Notes: generated by a model not told the origin, from the letters alone. A DNA stretch of 64,000 nucleotides from an uncultured Armatimonadetes bacterium (GCA_963717145.1 OY970325.1:4416001-4480000); one strand, 5' to 3'; shown: positions 17,406 to 29,573, counted from the stretch's first letter. Numbers and translations are program-made.

Positions 17406-18383
17406 TATACTGTCTAGTTCACCGAGCGCCGCCTCCATTTCCTCCAATGATGCCGCTTCGGTGAGCTTTCGCCTGAGCACATGTGCGCCCGGCATGCCCT
17501 TGATGTACCATGGAAGCTGTCCACGTGCCTCACGAGCGCCGATCTCCGCCCCCAACAACTCGACCATCCCGGCCAGGTGCTCCCGGGCGACCTCGATCCG
17601 CTCGTGGAGCGTCGGCATCGGGAGCAGTTCGTCGGATGCGAGGTAATGGGCCGTTCGCCGGAAGATCCACGGATTCCCAAGGCACGCCCTCCCGATCATG
17701 ACGGCGTCGCAACCGGTCTCATCGATCATGCGCCTGGCATCTTCGGGAGATTTCACGTCGCCGTTGCCGATGATCGGGATACCGACGGCCTCCTTTGCCT
17801 CGCGGATCACCGTCCAATCGGCGGCGACTGAGTATGATTGTGCCGCGGTCCGCCCGTGGATCGCCACCGCGGAGATACCCACGCCCTCCGCCATCCGGGC
17901 GAGTTCGACCGCCGTGACCGTTGTGCTGTCCGGGCCGGTGCGGGTCTTGATTGTGACCGGCAAATCCACGGCGCGGACGACGGCTGCCATGATCCTGCCC
18001 GCAGTCTCCAGGTCGCGCATCAGGGCGGCTCCTGCTCCGGTCTTAGTCACCTTGGGGACCGGGCAGCCGATGTTGAGATCGATGACATCTGCGCCGGCAT
18101 CGGCGATCGCCCTGGCGGCTGTTGCCATCTTGTCCGGATCCGCGCCGAAGAGCTGGACCGCCACCGGGCGCTCGGGCGGCGTCCAGTCGAACATGTGGAG
18201 CGTCCTGGGGTTGTGGTAGTGCAGGGCATAGCTGCTGATCATCTCGGTGTAGACCATACCTGCGCCGAGCCGTCGGCAGATCGTGCGGAATGCGTGGTTG
18301 GTCGTACCCGCCATCGGCGCGAGCACGATCGGGGGGTCAACGGTGATGTTTCCTATTCGGAGGCTTTTGTACTTGATCTGCAC
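17400..18383 (-). CDS. dusB: tRNA-dihydrouridine synthase DusB
   Basis: LAPMAG, DLNIGCP, HGRT, GNGD, VMIGRACLGNPWIF. Confidence 0.93.
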   Translation of the reverse strand: MQIKYKSLRIGNITVDPPIVLAPMAGTTNHAFRTICRRLGAGMVYTEMISSYALHYHNPRTLHMFDWTPPERPVAVQLFGADPDKMATAARAIADAGADVIDLNIGCPVPKVTKTGAGAALMRDLETAGRIMAAVVRAVDLPVTIKTRTGPDSTTVTAVELARMAEGVGISAVAIHGRTAAQSYSVAADWTVIREAKEAVGIPIIGNGDVKSPEDARRMIDETGCDAVMIGRACLGNPWIFRRTAHYLASDELLPMPTLHERIEVAREHLAGMVELLGAEIGAREARGQLPWYIKGMPGAHVLRRKLTEAASLEEMEAALGELDSIP

Positions 18384-18388
18384 ACTCT

Positions 18389-18487
18389 TGTAGTGGCCGT
18401 GCCTCTGTGCCGGCCAGTGGCACCTAAGGCCGGCACAGAGGCACGGCCAGTGGCATCTAAGGCCGGCACAGAGGCACGGCCACTACA
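18389..18487. repeat. GTAGTGGCCGTGCCTC REP with duplicated right arm
   Basis: One forward arm, two tandem GGCCGGCACAGAGGCACGGCCA arms. Confidence 0.85.
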
Positions 18488-18490
18488 TGC

Positions 18491-19255
18491 CTAGCCCCTC
18501 ACCCTTCCAAACAGCAGCCTCAGGCCCTCGAGGGTGAGCAGCGGGTTCACGATCTCGATGGACTTACTCACATCCGCGATGAGTTCTGCCAGGCCGCCGG
18601 TCGCGATCACCTTTGACTCGCAGCCGAGTTCCGCCTTGAAGCGGGCGACCATCGCGTCCACCTGGCCCGCAAACCCGAATACCGCGGACTGCATGCTCCT
18701 CTCGGTAGTCGTTCCGATCACCGTCGGCGGACGAACCAGATCGATTCTGGGAAGCCGCGCCGCCGATCGGAAGAGCGCCTCCATCGAGATGCCGATTCCG
18801 GGAAGAATTGCGCCGCCGAGGTACTCCCCAGTTCGGGAGATGGCATCGTAGGTCGTGGCTGTGCCGAAATCGACGACCACAGCCGGGCCGCCGTAGAGCG
18901 CATGAGTGGCGATCGCATTCACGATCCTGTCAGCGCCCACATCGGATTTGGGCGTGTATCGGACTTCTATCCCCAGGTCAGCCGAGGGATCGACCACGAA
19001 CGGCTCGACTTCGAGGTACTTTCGGCACGCACTGTGGACCTCCGCCATCGTGGGCGGAACGACGTTCGAGATGGCGACACCGGTTATGTCGTGGAGGTGG
19101 AGACCGGAGTACTCGAACAGCTCGCGAAGGAGCATTCCGTACTCATCAGCCGTGCGCCCGAGCTGCGTTCGGATCCGCCAGTCGGCGACGAGCGAGTCGC
19201 CCCGGTACACGCCGACCGTCATATTCGTATTCCCGACGTCTATGGCAAGAAGCAT
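18491..19255 (-). CDS. coaX: Type III pantothenate kinase
   Basis: DVGNT, VGADR, VVDFGTATT, GGAILPG, IATGG, LTLEGL. Confidence 0.95.
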   Translation of the reverse strand: MLLAIDVGNTNMTVGVYRGDSLVADWRIRTQLGRTADEYGMLLRELFEYSGLHLHDITGVAISNVVPPTMAEVHSACRKYLEVEPFVVDPSADLGIEVRYTPKSDVGADRIVNAIATHALYGGPAVVVDFGTATTYDAISRTGEYLGGAILPGIGISMEALFRSAARLPRIDLVRPPTVIGTTTERSMQSAVFGFAGQVDAMVARFKAELGCESKVIATGGLAELIADVSKSIEIVNPLLTLEGLRLLFGRVRG

Positions 19256-19308
19256 GGGTCGATATTAGCACACGATTCCGGTCCCGGTCAATCGACCGGG
19301 CGAACTCG

Positions 19309-19409
19309 GTAGGAGGGATTTGCCGGGATGATTGTGCCCGGTAATCCCGAACGCAACGCGCCGACCTTCGGGATTACCGGGCACAATCATCCCGGCAAAT
19401 CCCTCCTAC
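19309..19409. repeat. Long GTAG...CTAC palindrome (43-bp arms)
   Basis: GTAGGAGGGATTTGCCGGGATGATTGTGCCCGGTAATCCCGAA and exact reverse complement; degenerate copy at 32829-32878. Confidence 0.9.
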
Positions 19410-20065
19410 AGGAACAGCTCTTTGAGGATGAATGGAATCAGGAAAAGCAGGTTGTAGGCTTCGGCGGCTACCGACGCCTTGAGATGCTCCGTGACGAAGG
19501 CAGGCTTGTACCCCTTAGGCCACTTGGGAAGCCATCTGGGGATCTCCTTCATATACTCCACATACGGCTCGCCGTATCGCGCCAGCAGATACAGCTCCTC
19601 AAACCGCACGACGAACGTGAACGTCAGCATGCATACAAGTAGCATGACGGGCACGAGCCACAGCAGACCTGAGGCAACGACCAGCCCGATGCAGATCAGC
19701 GTGTTGCCGATGTATATGGGATTGCGCATCAGCGCATACGGGCCTGTGCTCGTCAGGCTCATCCCGACTTTGAGCCGAAAGTGAAGATGCTGCTGGGCCC
19801 AGATTCTTATCCACAGACCCACCGCGAATATGAGTGATCCTGCGACCCATGCGGCCAACTCGTTCCGGTATTCGCCGCCTCGCCAGAAGATGGCGAAGAT
19901 CACCGGCAGGCCGACGAGCAGGCCGCGATTCCTGTAAGCCAATTTGAGAAACGGCGGCACCGGTTCCTTGCGTTCGGTGCGCTTGATTGTCGAGTTGTCG
20001 CTGGTCATATTCGCTGGTGGTCGCTTTCTGGTAACATTCGAGGCGATCATCGCCTGGGAAACCAT
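19406..20065 (-). CDS. Isoprenylcysteine carboxylmethyltransferase/PEMT-family membrane methyltransferase
   Basis: L.STGPYALMRNPIYIG, EE..L..RYG..Y..Y....PRW. Confidence 0.85.
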   Translation of the reverse strand: MVSQAMIASNVTRKRPPANMTSDNSTIKRTERKEPVPPFLKLAYRNRGLLVGLPVIFAIFWRGGEYRNELAAWVAGSLIFAVGLWIRIWAQQHLHFRLKVGMSLTSTGPYALMRNPIYIGNTLICIGLVVASGLLWLVPVMLLVCMLTFTFVVRFEELYLLARYGEPYVEYMKEIPRWLPKWPKGYKPAFVTEHLKASVAAEAYNLLFLIPFILKELFL

Positions 20066-20157
20066 TCGTCAAGCCGTGGTGTGAATCCTCTGTGCTTCCT
20101 TGAGAATCCCGGTTCGAGCGGGTCACAAATCTGCCCGAACCAGCTCTTTCGACAGCA

Positions 20158-20191
20158 AAAAGCCCGCTCCGAAATCTCGGAGCGGGCTTTC
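20158..20191 (-). terminator. Terminator downstream of clpC
   Basis: AAAAGCCCGCTCCGA-AATC-TCGGAGCGGGCTTT. Confidence 0.75.
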
Positions 20192-20250
20192 GTTGTTCAC
20201 TATTCGATCCGGTGTGTGGTCTGCATTCCGCATTCCACATTCCGCATTCG

Positions 20251-22701
<2,451 letters not shown>

Positions 22702-22747
22702 TCCGCCGTCCCTCCTTTTCGCTGGAATGGTATTGCACTATCGGAAC

Positions 22748-22850
22748 CCGTAGGGGAGGCCTTCAACGGCCTCCTGCGTGTCGGGCGGGCGTTGAAGCCC
22801 GCCCCTACGGCCATATCGTTCCGGGCGGGCGTTGAAGCCCGCCCCTACGG
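22748..22850. repeat. GTAG-type REP cluster (three units)
   Basis: GTAGGGGAGGCCTTCAACGGCCTCC + two GGGCGGGCGTTGAAGCCCGCCCCTACGG. Confidence 0.88.
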
Positions 22851-22893
22851 GTTATGCTCTATCTGTATGACGTTCGGAATGCAAGACTGGTTC

Positions 22894-23967
22894 TCAGTTT
22901 TCTTCCGGGAGCGTCAGTTGACCGGCTTCCTCTTTTTCACTTAGTTTCGCGCGGATCAACTTCGCGCGCCTTGTGTCATCGCTGACACTACTCGTCGCTC
23001 CCAAGTGCGTGGAGACGAGCAGCTCGTTGAAATCTTTCAAAGACAGATCGTCGGAGAGCCCGAGCGCCGATGCCAGACGCAGGATCGACAAGCACATCGC
23101 GGCGTCCCGACTGCTCAGGCTTCGGGACTCCATTACCTTGTCCCGGGCCTTCTGCACGGCGTACAGCAACTCGCCGTCCCGTGCCAGGCCGCGCCTCACG
23201 CTTCTCTCCCTGGCTATGAGGTGATCGGCGGCCGCGCGTACCCTCGATGCTATCTCCTTCTCGGAGTAGCCGATCGTCGTCACGTTCGAAACCTGATACA
23301 AATATCCGATCGCGTCGGTTCCCTCGCCGAACAGCCCGCGAACGGACGTCTTCAACTCGGCGGCCGCTGTCAGAGTATCGGTCGCCTCACGGGTGAACCC
23401 CAGCCCGGCAAGGTGCATCAGCACCGAAAGCCGCAGACCGGTTCCGATGTTCCCCAGTGAACTTGTCAGGTATCCATAATTATCGGCACGCGCGTACCTG
23501 ATCTTTCCGCTTAAGAATGCATCAAACTCTCTGGCCATGTGCAGGGCGGTCATCGGTTGCAGCCCCGGCAGGATGCACTGGACCCTCAAATGGTCCTCTT
23601 CGTTCACCATAAGGCTGAGAGTGCCCGACTCGTTGACCACCACCAGGCGGTGGTTTCCGCTGCTGACGTGCTGCCTGCTCGCGACATGCGCATCCACGAG
23701 GGTCGCGCGTTCGAATCCCGACATACGCTCGGGATGGATGGTTCTCAACTTACCGAATCGTCCTTCGGAACCATGGACTGCGTGCGAGACAATCTCTGAC
23801 ACGCGCCTGAGATCGGCGTCCTTCATCCGGGAAGGGAACGGTATACCCTCCACATTTCGGGCCAGACGCGCACGAGTGGACAGTACGACGTCTTCCGCGG
23901 GTCCCTCATTGCTGACCCACGCGGGGAACGGTGTACTACTATGTACCCTCTGCGCCTGCATTTTCAC
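22894..23967 (-). CDS. mcsB: Protein arginine kinase McsB-like (divergent)
   Basis: STRARLARN, VNEEDHLR, RGLFGEG, YQVSN; directly upstream of clpC; CPTN motif replaced by SLGN. Confidence 0.85.
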   Translation of the reverse strand: MKMQAQRVHSSTPFPAWVSNEGPAEDVVLSTRARLARNVEGIPFPSRMKDADLRRVSEIVSHAVHGSEGRFGKLRTIHPERMSGFERATLVDAHVASRQHVSSGNHRLVVVNESGTLSLMVNEEDHLRVQCILPGLQPMTALHMAREFDAFLSGKIRYARADNYGYLTSSLGNIGTGLRLSVLMHLAGLGFTREATDTLTAAAELKTSVRGLFGEGTDAIGYLYQVSNVTTIGYSEKEIASRVRAAADHLIARERSVRRGLARDGELLYAVQKARDKVMESRSLSSRDAAMCLSILRLASALGLSDDLSLKDFNELLVSTHLGATSSVSDDTRRAKLIRAKLSEKEEAGQLTLPEEN

Positions 23968-24335
23968 CCTGGTTTCCCATGGCCGGGAACGTACCCGTGC
24001 AACTCAGCTATCAGCTCATCGACCTGATCCCTGAACGCGATGTAGCACATGCAGCATCCCAGCGTACCCGTCGTCCGCGCTTCCTCTATAGTATTGCCGC
24101 AACCGGGGCAAACCTTTGTTCGGCTTGATTGGTCATCGGAGAAGGAATCCTCCGCCAGCGTGGACTGCACCAGATCGGTCAAAGTCAGCCCCTTGTCGCC
24201 GAACCGGACCCTCTCGCGGTTTTCGGTGCAAGAAGCGCACAGACGGTGCTCCTGTCGGGTCTGTCCACCGACTACCCTGCTGACCGTGAACTCCGCAGGG
24301 TTGCTGCGGCACGACTCGCAGAGCCTTGCACGCAT
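23964..24335 (-). CDS. mcsA: McsA-like zinc-binding protein, short (no UVR domain)
   Basis: Four CxxC pairs ending HG...GHGKPG; ATG overlaps the ilvE stop. Confidence 0.8.
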   Translation of the reverse strand: MRARLCESCRSNPAEFTVSRVVGGQTRQEHRLCASCTENRERVRFGDKGLTLTDLVQSTLAEDSFSDDQSSRTKVCPGCGNTIEEARTTGTLGCCMCYIAFRDQVDELIAELHGYVPGHGKPG

Positions 24336-25207
24336 CAGATCGGTACGCCTTCTGTCTTTGTCAAGGTACGGAACGCCGCTATCAGCCGGTTGGTCATCTC
24401 GCCGGGTCGGCCGTCGCCGATCGTTCGTCCATCCACCTTCACCGCCGGGATCACCTCGGCGGCGGTGCCTGTCAGGAAGCATTCGTCACAGGTGTAGACG
24501 TCGAACAGCGTGAAAAGCTTTTCTTTCACTTTGATGCCCATGTCGCGGGCTATCTGCATCACTGTGTTCCGAGTGATGCCTTCCAGGATGCCGGCATACG
24601 ACGGCGGCGTGGCGATCTTCCCGTCCTTGATGATGAAGATGTTGTCGCCGGTCGCCTCCGCCACGTAGCCCTGGATGTTCAGCATCAGGCCCTCGCCGGC
24701 GCCGACTCGGTTGGCCTCCAGCTTGGCCTGAATGTTCGCGACGTACTTGCCCAGCGACTTGATCCTCGGTTCGAGCGACTGAGCGGGGCATACGCGTGTT
24801 GACACGGTCACCACATGCAGGCCCACGTGGTACATCTCTTCGGGGTACAGGGAGAGCTTGTCGGTCATGATGATGACCGTCGCTTCCCCGCATACGCGAG
24901 GATCGAGCCCGAGACCTACGCCTCTGGTGATCGTGATGCGGATGTAACCATCTGTTATCCCATTCTTGCGCAGGGTTGAGAGAACGGCCTCGATCATCTC
25001 CTCGTGAGTGATCGGCAGGTCGATCATCAGTGCGTGCGCGGAATGATACAGACGGTCGATGTGCTCGTGGAGCTTCCACACCTTGCCGGAGTAGACCCTG
25101 ATACCCTCGAAGGCACCGTCACCGTACAGCAGTCCGTGATCGTATACGGTAATCTTGGCATCCTCGATCGGGACGTGTTTTCCATTGATATAGACTACCG
25201 GGCTCAT
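24335..25207 (-). CDS. ilvE: Branched-chain amino acid aminotransferase (class IV PLP)
   Basis: DHGLLYGDGAFEGIR, EATGDNIF, LEGITR, FLTGTAAEV; GGGGA RBS before MSPVVYING. Confidence 0.92.
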   Translation of the reverse strand: MSPVVYINGKHVPIEDAKITVYDHGLLYGDGAFEGIRVYSGKVWKLHEHIDRLYHSAHALMIDLPITHEEMIEAVLSTLRKNGITDGYIRITITRGVGLGLDPRVCGEATVIIMTDKLSLYPEEMYHVGLHVVTVSTRVCPAQSLEPRIKSLGKYVANIQAKLEANRVGAGEGLMLNIQGYVAEATGDNIFIIKDGKIATPPSYAGILEGITRNTVMQIARDMGIKVKEKLFTLFDVYTCDECFLTGTAAEVIPAVKVDGRTIGDGRPGEMTNRLIAAFRTLTKTEGVPI

Positions 25208-25291
25208 CTCTTCCCCCCTGGAATCCAGTATGAAAAGTATATCATAGCACCCGCCCCGACCGCAACTCGCAATGATGCCGGTTCGCGGCGG

Positions 25292-25447
25292 AATGGCTGA
25301 TGGTGGATGGTTAATGGCGGATGGCAGAACGGCAGAGGGGAATGGCTCTTGTGGGAGCAGCTTCCTAGCTGCGAACAGTGGCATCGCAGCTAGGAAGCTG
25401 CTCCTACAAGAGCCATCCCCCATGAACCATCAACCATTCCCCATCCG
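25292..25447. repeat. Heptamer-repeat arms enclosing a GTGG/GTAG REP palindrome
   Basis: (ATGG..)n left, (CCAT..)n right; inner perfect-like IR ATGGCTCTTGTGGGAGCAGCTTCCTAGCTGCGA...TCGCAGCTAGGAAGCTGCTCCTACAAGAGCCAT. Confidence 0.8.
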
Positions 25448-25449
25448 CC

Positions 25450-26418
25450 CTACGCCCAGAACGCCTCGCCGGGCTTCTGGGTGATGACCTGATGCTTTAG
25501 GAACGAGACCGCTTTCTCGAAGCCTTCCTTCTGCGACATCAGGCTGTCCTCGTGCTCGATCGAGAGAACCCAGTCGTAGCCGACCATCCGCAGGGCGCTG
25601 ATCATATCCTTCCAGACGTCCGGACCGTGGCCGTAGCCGATCGTGCGGAAGATCCACGAGCGGTTGATCTCGTCGGTGTAGTTCTTCGTGTCGAGCACGC
25701 CGTTGACCTTGGTATTGATGTCGTCGATCTTGCAGTCCTTGGCATGGAAGTGGTAGATCGCGTCGCCGAGCTTCCGGATCGCGTTCACCGGGTCGATCCC
25801 CTGCCAGAAGAGATGGCTCGGATCGAAGTTCGCGCCGAGCGCATCACCGCAGGCGTTGCGGAGCTTGAGGAGCGTCTCAGGGTTGTAGACGACGAACCCC
25901 GGATGCATCTCGAAGCAGACCTTGACGCCGTGCTCCTTCGCGAACTTGGCCTCTTTCCGCCAGTAGGGGATGACCTTGCGCTTCCACTGCCAGTCGAGGA
26001 TCTCCGAGAAGTCGGTCGGCCACGGGCAGGTGACCCAGTTCGGGGATTTCGCGTGCGGCGAATCGCCGGGGCAGCCGGAGAAGTTGACGACCCGCTCGAT
26101 CCCCAGCTTCTGGGCCAGCTCGACCGTCTGGCGGTGGATGTCGTGATTCTCCTCCGCGTATTGCCTGTTCGGATGCAGCGGGTTGCCGTGACACGACAGG
26201 GCGCTGATCACCAGGCCGCGAGACTCGATCGTTTTGAGGAACTTCTTGCGTTCCGCCTCACTGCCGAGGAGCTTCTCCATGTTGCAGTGCGCGTTGCCGG
26301 GATAGTTGCCGGTCCCGATCTCGACTGCCTCGACTCCGACCGAGGCGACGTAGTCGAGGGTCTCCTCCAGCTTCATGTCGCTGAATGCTACCGTAAAAAC
26401 GCCGATTTTCACTTTCAT
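25450..26418 (-). CDS. Sugar phosphate isomerase/epimerase (xylose isomerase-like TIM barrel)
   Basis: AAGGAGG RBS; LSCHGNPLHP, EMHPG, NFDPSH, HFHAKD, SIEHED. Confidence 0.9.
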   Translation of the reverse strand: MKVKIGVFTVAFSDMKLEETLDYVASVGVEAVEIGTGNYPGNAHCNMEKLLGSEAERKKFLKTIESRGLVISALSCHGNPLHPNRQYAEENHDIHRQTVELAQKLGIERVVNFSGCPGDSPHAKSPNWVTCPWPTDFSEILDWQWKRKVIPYWRKEAKFAKEHGVKVCFEMHPGFVVYNPETLLKLRNACGDALGANFDPSHLFWQGIDPVNAIRKLGDAIYHFHAKDCKIDDINTKVNGVLDTKNYTDEINRSWIFRTIGYGHGPDVWKDMISALRMVGYDWVLSIEHEDSLMSQKEGFEKAVSFLKHQVITQKPGEAFWA

Positions 26419-26429
26419 ACCTCCTTCTT

Positions 26430-26636
26430 GAACACAGATCACACAGATGGCAGAGGATGACACAGAAAGAATTCATCAGGAAGCCAGGAAGGCAGGAAGG
26501 GAATGGGAGAATCGGAGACTCCGGATCCCCTATTCTCCCTTTCCCCCATTCTCCTGTTCCTGGCTTCCTTACTTCCTGGTTTCCTGATAACGAACTCATC
26601 CGTGAAATCTGTGTTTCATCTGTGCTATCTGTGTTC
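26430..26636. repeat. Three nested layers of inverted 8-9-mer simple repeats
   Basis: CACAGAT/ATCTGTG outer, CAGGAAG/TTCCTG middle, GGAGAAT/ATTCTCC inner. Confidence 0.75.
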
Positions 26637-27700
26637 TACTTGAGCCTTACTTCCTTGCCGGTCTCGGCGGACTTGTAGATCGCGTTCAGGATGCGCACTA
26701 CCTCGAGGCCGTGCTCGCCGGTCGAGATCGGTGTCTTGCCGTTCACCAGGCAGTCTATCCAGTGGCGAATCTCCATCTCGTGGCCCGAGACATTGGGGAA
26801 GCCCGGGGTGATGTCCGCGATCGCGCCGTGCATATCCTTGTAGACGCGGAACGGCTCTACGTCCGCGCCACCCTTGGTGCCGATCAGGTTGGTGAAGATG
26901 AGATCCTTCTCGATGTGGGAAGCCCAACTCGCCTCGAGCATGAGCGACGCACCGGTATCGAGCTTGATGAACCCACACGCCAGGTCCTCGACATCGCATG
27001 TGCCCCCCGACTCGGAGGTACCCCAGTCGCCCATTCCCTCACCCTTGCAGCCGAACTCAGAGTAGGTCGAGCCGGTGACCGACACGGCCTTCGGGTTGCC
27101 CATCAGCCACAGAGCCAGGTCGAGTACATGGACGCCGATGTCGATCAGCGGGCCGCCGCCTGACTTGGCCTTCTGGGTGAACCAGCTCCCCATGCCGGGG
27201 ATTCCCTTGCGGCGGATCCATCCGGTCTTGCCGAAGTAGATATCGCCGAGTTCACCGTCCTCGATGAACTTCTTGAGGATCTGGGTGTCGCCGCGGAATC
27301 TGTTGTTGAAGGCGGTCATGAACAGCTTCTTCGCCTTCTTGGAGGCCTCGACCATCGCCTCGCCGTCTTTGGGATTGATGCAGAGTGGCTTCTCGCAGAT
27401 GACGTGCTTGCCGGCCTCGAACGCGGCGATTGCCATCTGCGCATGGAGGTAGTTCGGCACGCAGATGCTGACCGCGTCGATCTCGGCCAGCTGCAGCATC
27501 TTCCTGTAGTCCTTGAAGGTGTGCGGGACTGCGTACTGGGACGCCGCCCACTGCACGCGCTCATCGATGAGGTCACAGGCCGCTACGACCTTTACCTCGG
27601 GGCACTTCGCGTAGGCCCCGAGATGGACGCGCGCGATGCTTCCGACTCCGATGATGCCGACGTTCACTTTCTCGAGCTTGCTCTTCGACTTCGCTGCCAA
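26636..27700 (-). CDS. Gfo/Idh/MocA family oxidoreductase
   Basis: GIIGVGSIA, HVICEKP, GGGPLIDIGVH. Confidence 0.92.
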   Translation of the reverse strand: MAAKSKSKLEKVNVGIIGVGSIARVHLGAYAKCPEVKVVAACDLIDERVQWAASQYAVPHTFKDYRKMLQLAEIDAVSICVPNYLHAQMAIAAFEAGKHVICEKPLCINPKDGEAMVEASKKAKKLFMTAFNNRFRGDTQILKKFIEDGELGDIYFGKTGWIRRKGIPGMGSWFTQKAKSGGGPLIDIGVHVLDLALWLMGNPKAVSVTGSTYSEFGCKGEGMGDWGTSESGGTCDVEDLACGFIKLDTGASLMLEASWASHIEKDLIFTNLIGTKGGADVEPFRVYKDMHGAIADITPGFPNVSGHEMEIRHWIDCLVNGKTPISTGEHGLEVVRILNAIYKSAETGKEVRLK

Positions 27701-27742
27701 CTTCGATCTCCTTGTCCGCTGCCTGCCATGAAGATATCACAT

Positions 27743-27793
27743 GTAGCCTAGCCCCTTGTGGGCGTACAAGACGGGGACAAGCCCCTAGGCTAC
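27743..27793. repeat. GTAGCCTAG REP-like element
   Basis: GTAGCCTAG..CTTGT...ACAAG..CTAGGCTAC. Confidence 0.55.
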
Positions 27794-27919
27794 CATGCTA
27801 ACCCGCCGGCAGGCGCTTGAAATACAAATAAAAGGCCTTTCAGCCATCGAATCCGGGGGCATTTTAGCACAACACAATGGCGGTGTCCAGACGGAGTGGA
27901 TGGCGAAACAGGCGGGAAC

Positions 27920-28012
27920 GGGAGGGCGAGGCTCCGTCCGAGCCGTATGCTTCGGTAGCGCCACCTCGTTCTGCTGCCGAAGCATACGGCTCGGACGAAG
28001 CCTCGCCCTCCC
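27920..28012. repeat. GGAGGGCGAGGCTCC palindrome with a nested RAYT-type REP
   Basis: Outer arms match 30310-30370; inner ATGCTTCGGTAGC...GCTGCCGAAGCAT matches the repeats at 62864-63846. Confidence 0.85.
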
Positions 28013-28052
28013 AGTCGGCGGAGGCCGACTTCGTGCCTTCGTTGCCGCGATT

Positions 28053-28487
28053 TCAATCGCCTGGCAGAAACCGGTGGATCAGCGCAGAGGCCGCGAGGGA
28101 AATGAGAATGACTCCGGCGAGGATGCCTGTCGGGATCTCGAGTCCGCCGATGAGCGAGGCTGAGGTCACGAGGACGGCTGCCTGTGCGATCAGAACCAGG
28201 CACGCCGCTGCGACCCACGCGCTGTCGAAAACAGCGAGGCCTGTGATCGCAGACAACGCTCGCGATGCCCTGGTTCGGTGATCCGCTGCAAAGACGATTG
28301 AGCCGAGCATCAGGAATGCGGCCAGGCAGTAGACAGGTGGCAGAGCGGTCCGCTGCGTTATCCAGCCGCATACGATTCCGCCTGCGAGTGGAACCGCCAG
28401 CGCTCGAAGGAGCCGCGCCCGACTGCGTGCCAGCAGCCGCACCTCACGAGTTGTCAGCGCACATACTCTCTCCGCCGTGGACAGCAT
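28053..28487 (-). CDS. Short membrane protein, probable ABC-2 permease-like partner
   Basis: Four hydrophobic helices, 'ALTTREVRLLARSR' N-terminus, coupled to ABC ATPase; short for the family. Confidence 0.5.
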   Translation of the reverse strand: MLSTAERVCALTTREVRLLARSRARLLRALAVPLAGGIVCGWITQRTALPPVYCLAAFLMLGSIVFAADHRTRASRALSAITGLAVFDSAWVAAACLVLIAQAAVLVTSASLIGGLEIPTGILAGVILISLAASALIHRFLPGD

Positions 28488-29396
28488 CACTCAGCCCTCC
28501 CGGGTTCCGACTGGGCGATCAGTTCCTCGAGCACCACGTCCAATCCTTTGGGGCGCAGGCGCACGGCGGCGGCGCTGGCCGGATATCTCGCGCACGAGTT
28601 CAGCCGGCCTCGAATCAGGGCTCATCTCGACTACCAGCGATCCGTCCTGCTCGCCCATTGTGATCGCTCGCTTCTCGGCCCATGCGCCTCTCCCGCCGGG
28701 CCTCTTGAGCCCGATCGGCTTGATGACCACCGCCTCCGGTCCGACCATGCTCCGAAGCTTGCTGATCGTGCCGTCCGCGAGCGTTCGGCCCCTGTTCAGG
28801 ATGGTGATCCGGTCGCACAGTTCGGCGTCGTCCGGACGCGAGGTGGCGATGACGATCGTCTTGTGCTCGATCGACTTCAACATGAGCAGGTGGTTCCAGA
28901 CGCGCTCCCGGACGATGTTGTCGAGGCCGGACATCGGCTCGTCGAGGAGCAGGACAGCGGACGGGGAGAGAAGGACTCGGGCCAGCTCGACCTGCTTGCG
29001 CAATCCCGATGGCAGTGTGGAGGCCTGGGAGTCCCGTGCTGAATCGAGATCGAGCAAAGCGAGCGTCTCCCTCACGAGGCCTCGGCGCTTCGGCCTCGGG
29101 ATGCCATAAAGTATGGCGTGAAGGTTGAGTATCTCCAGCGGGGTGAACGACTCGTCCAGGGCCGGGTCAGCGAACGATATGGCAGCCTTTCCGTCGGTGC
29201 AGGAGATCGTACCGGAGTCCGGCGTCTCGATCCCCGCGACCATTCGAAGGAGTGTGCTCTTCCCAGAGCCGGTGGGCCCGAAGACGCCGCAGACTTCCCC
29301 TCGCAGGGCCGTGATAGACACCTTATCGAGCGCGGCGACGTGGCCGTACCGCTTGCTCAGGTTCTCAGCTCTGACTCGCTCTTGCATGAGGAACAC
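28487..29396 (-). CDS. ABC transporter ATP-binding protein (apparent frameshift near 28580)
   Basis: GPTGSGKST, LLLDEP; alternate frame ends AVRLRPKGLDVVLEELIAQSEPGRAE* overlapping the next ATG; signature LPSG and H-loop (ATS) are degenerate. Confidence 0.8.
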
Positions 29397-29398
29397 CC

Positions 29399-29470
29399 AT
29401 GGGGGCGAAGCATTGGCTGCTGATATCGCACAGAACGCTGATCATCGATGGGCCAATGCTTCGCCCCTAC
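29399..29470. repeat. GGGGCGAAGCATTGG REP doublet
   Basis: GGGGCGAAGCATTGGC...GCCAATGCTTCGCCCCTAC. Confidence 0.8.
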
Positions 29471-29573
29471 TCTGTTGTGCGTACCATACCGACAGATTAT
29501 ATCACGGCTTCGGATGGACCGGCAATCGCTTCGGGTGCAAGAAAGAGTTCACGATCGTTGATACTGCAACCCA

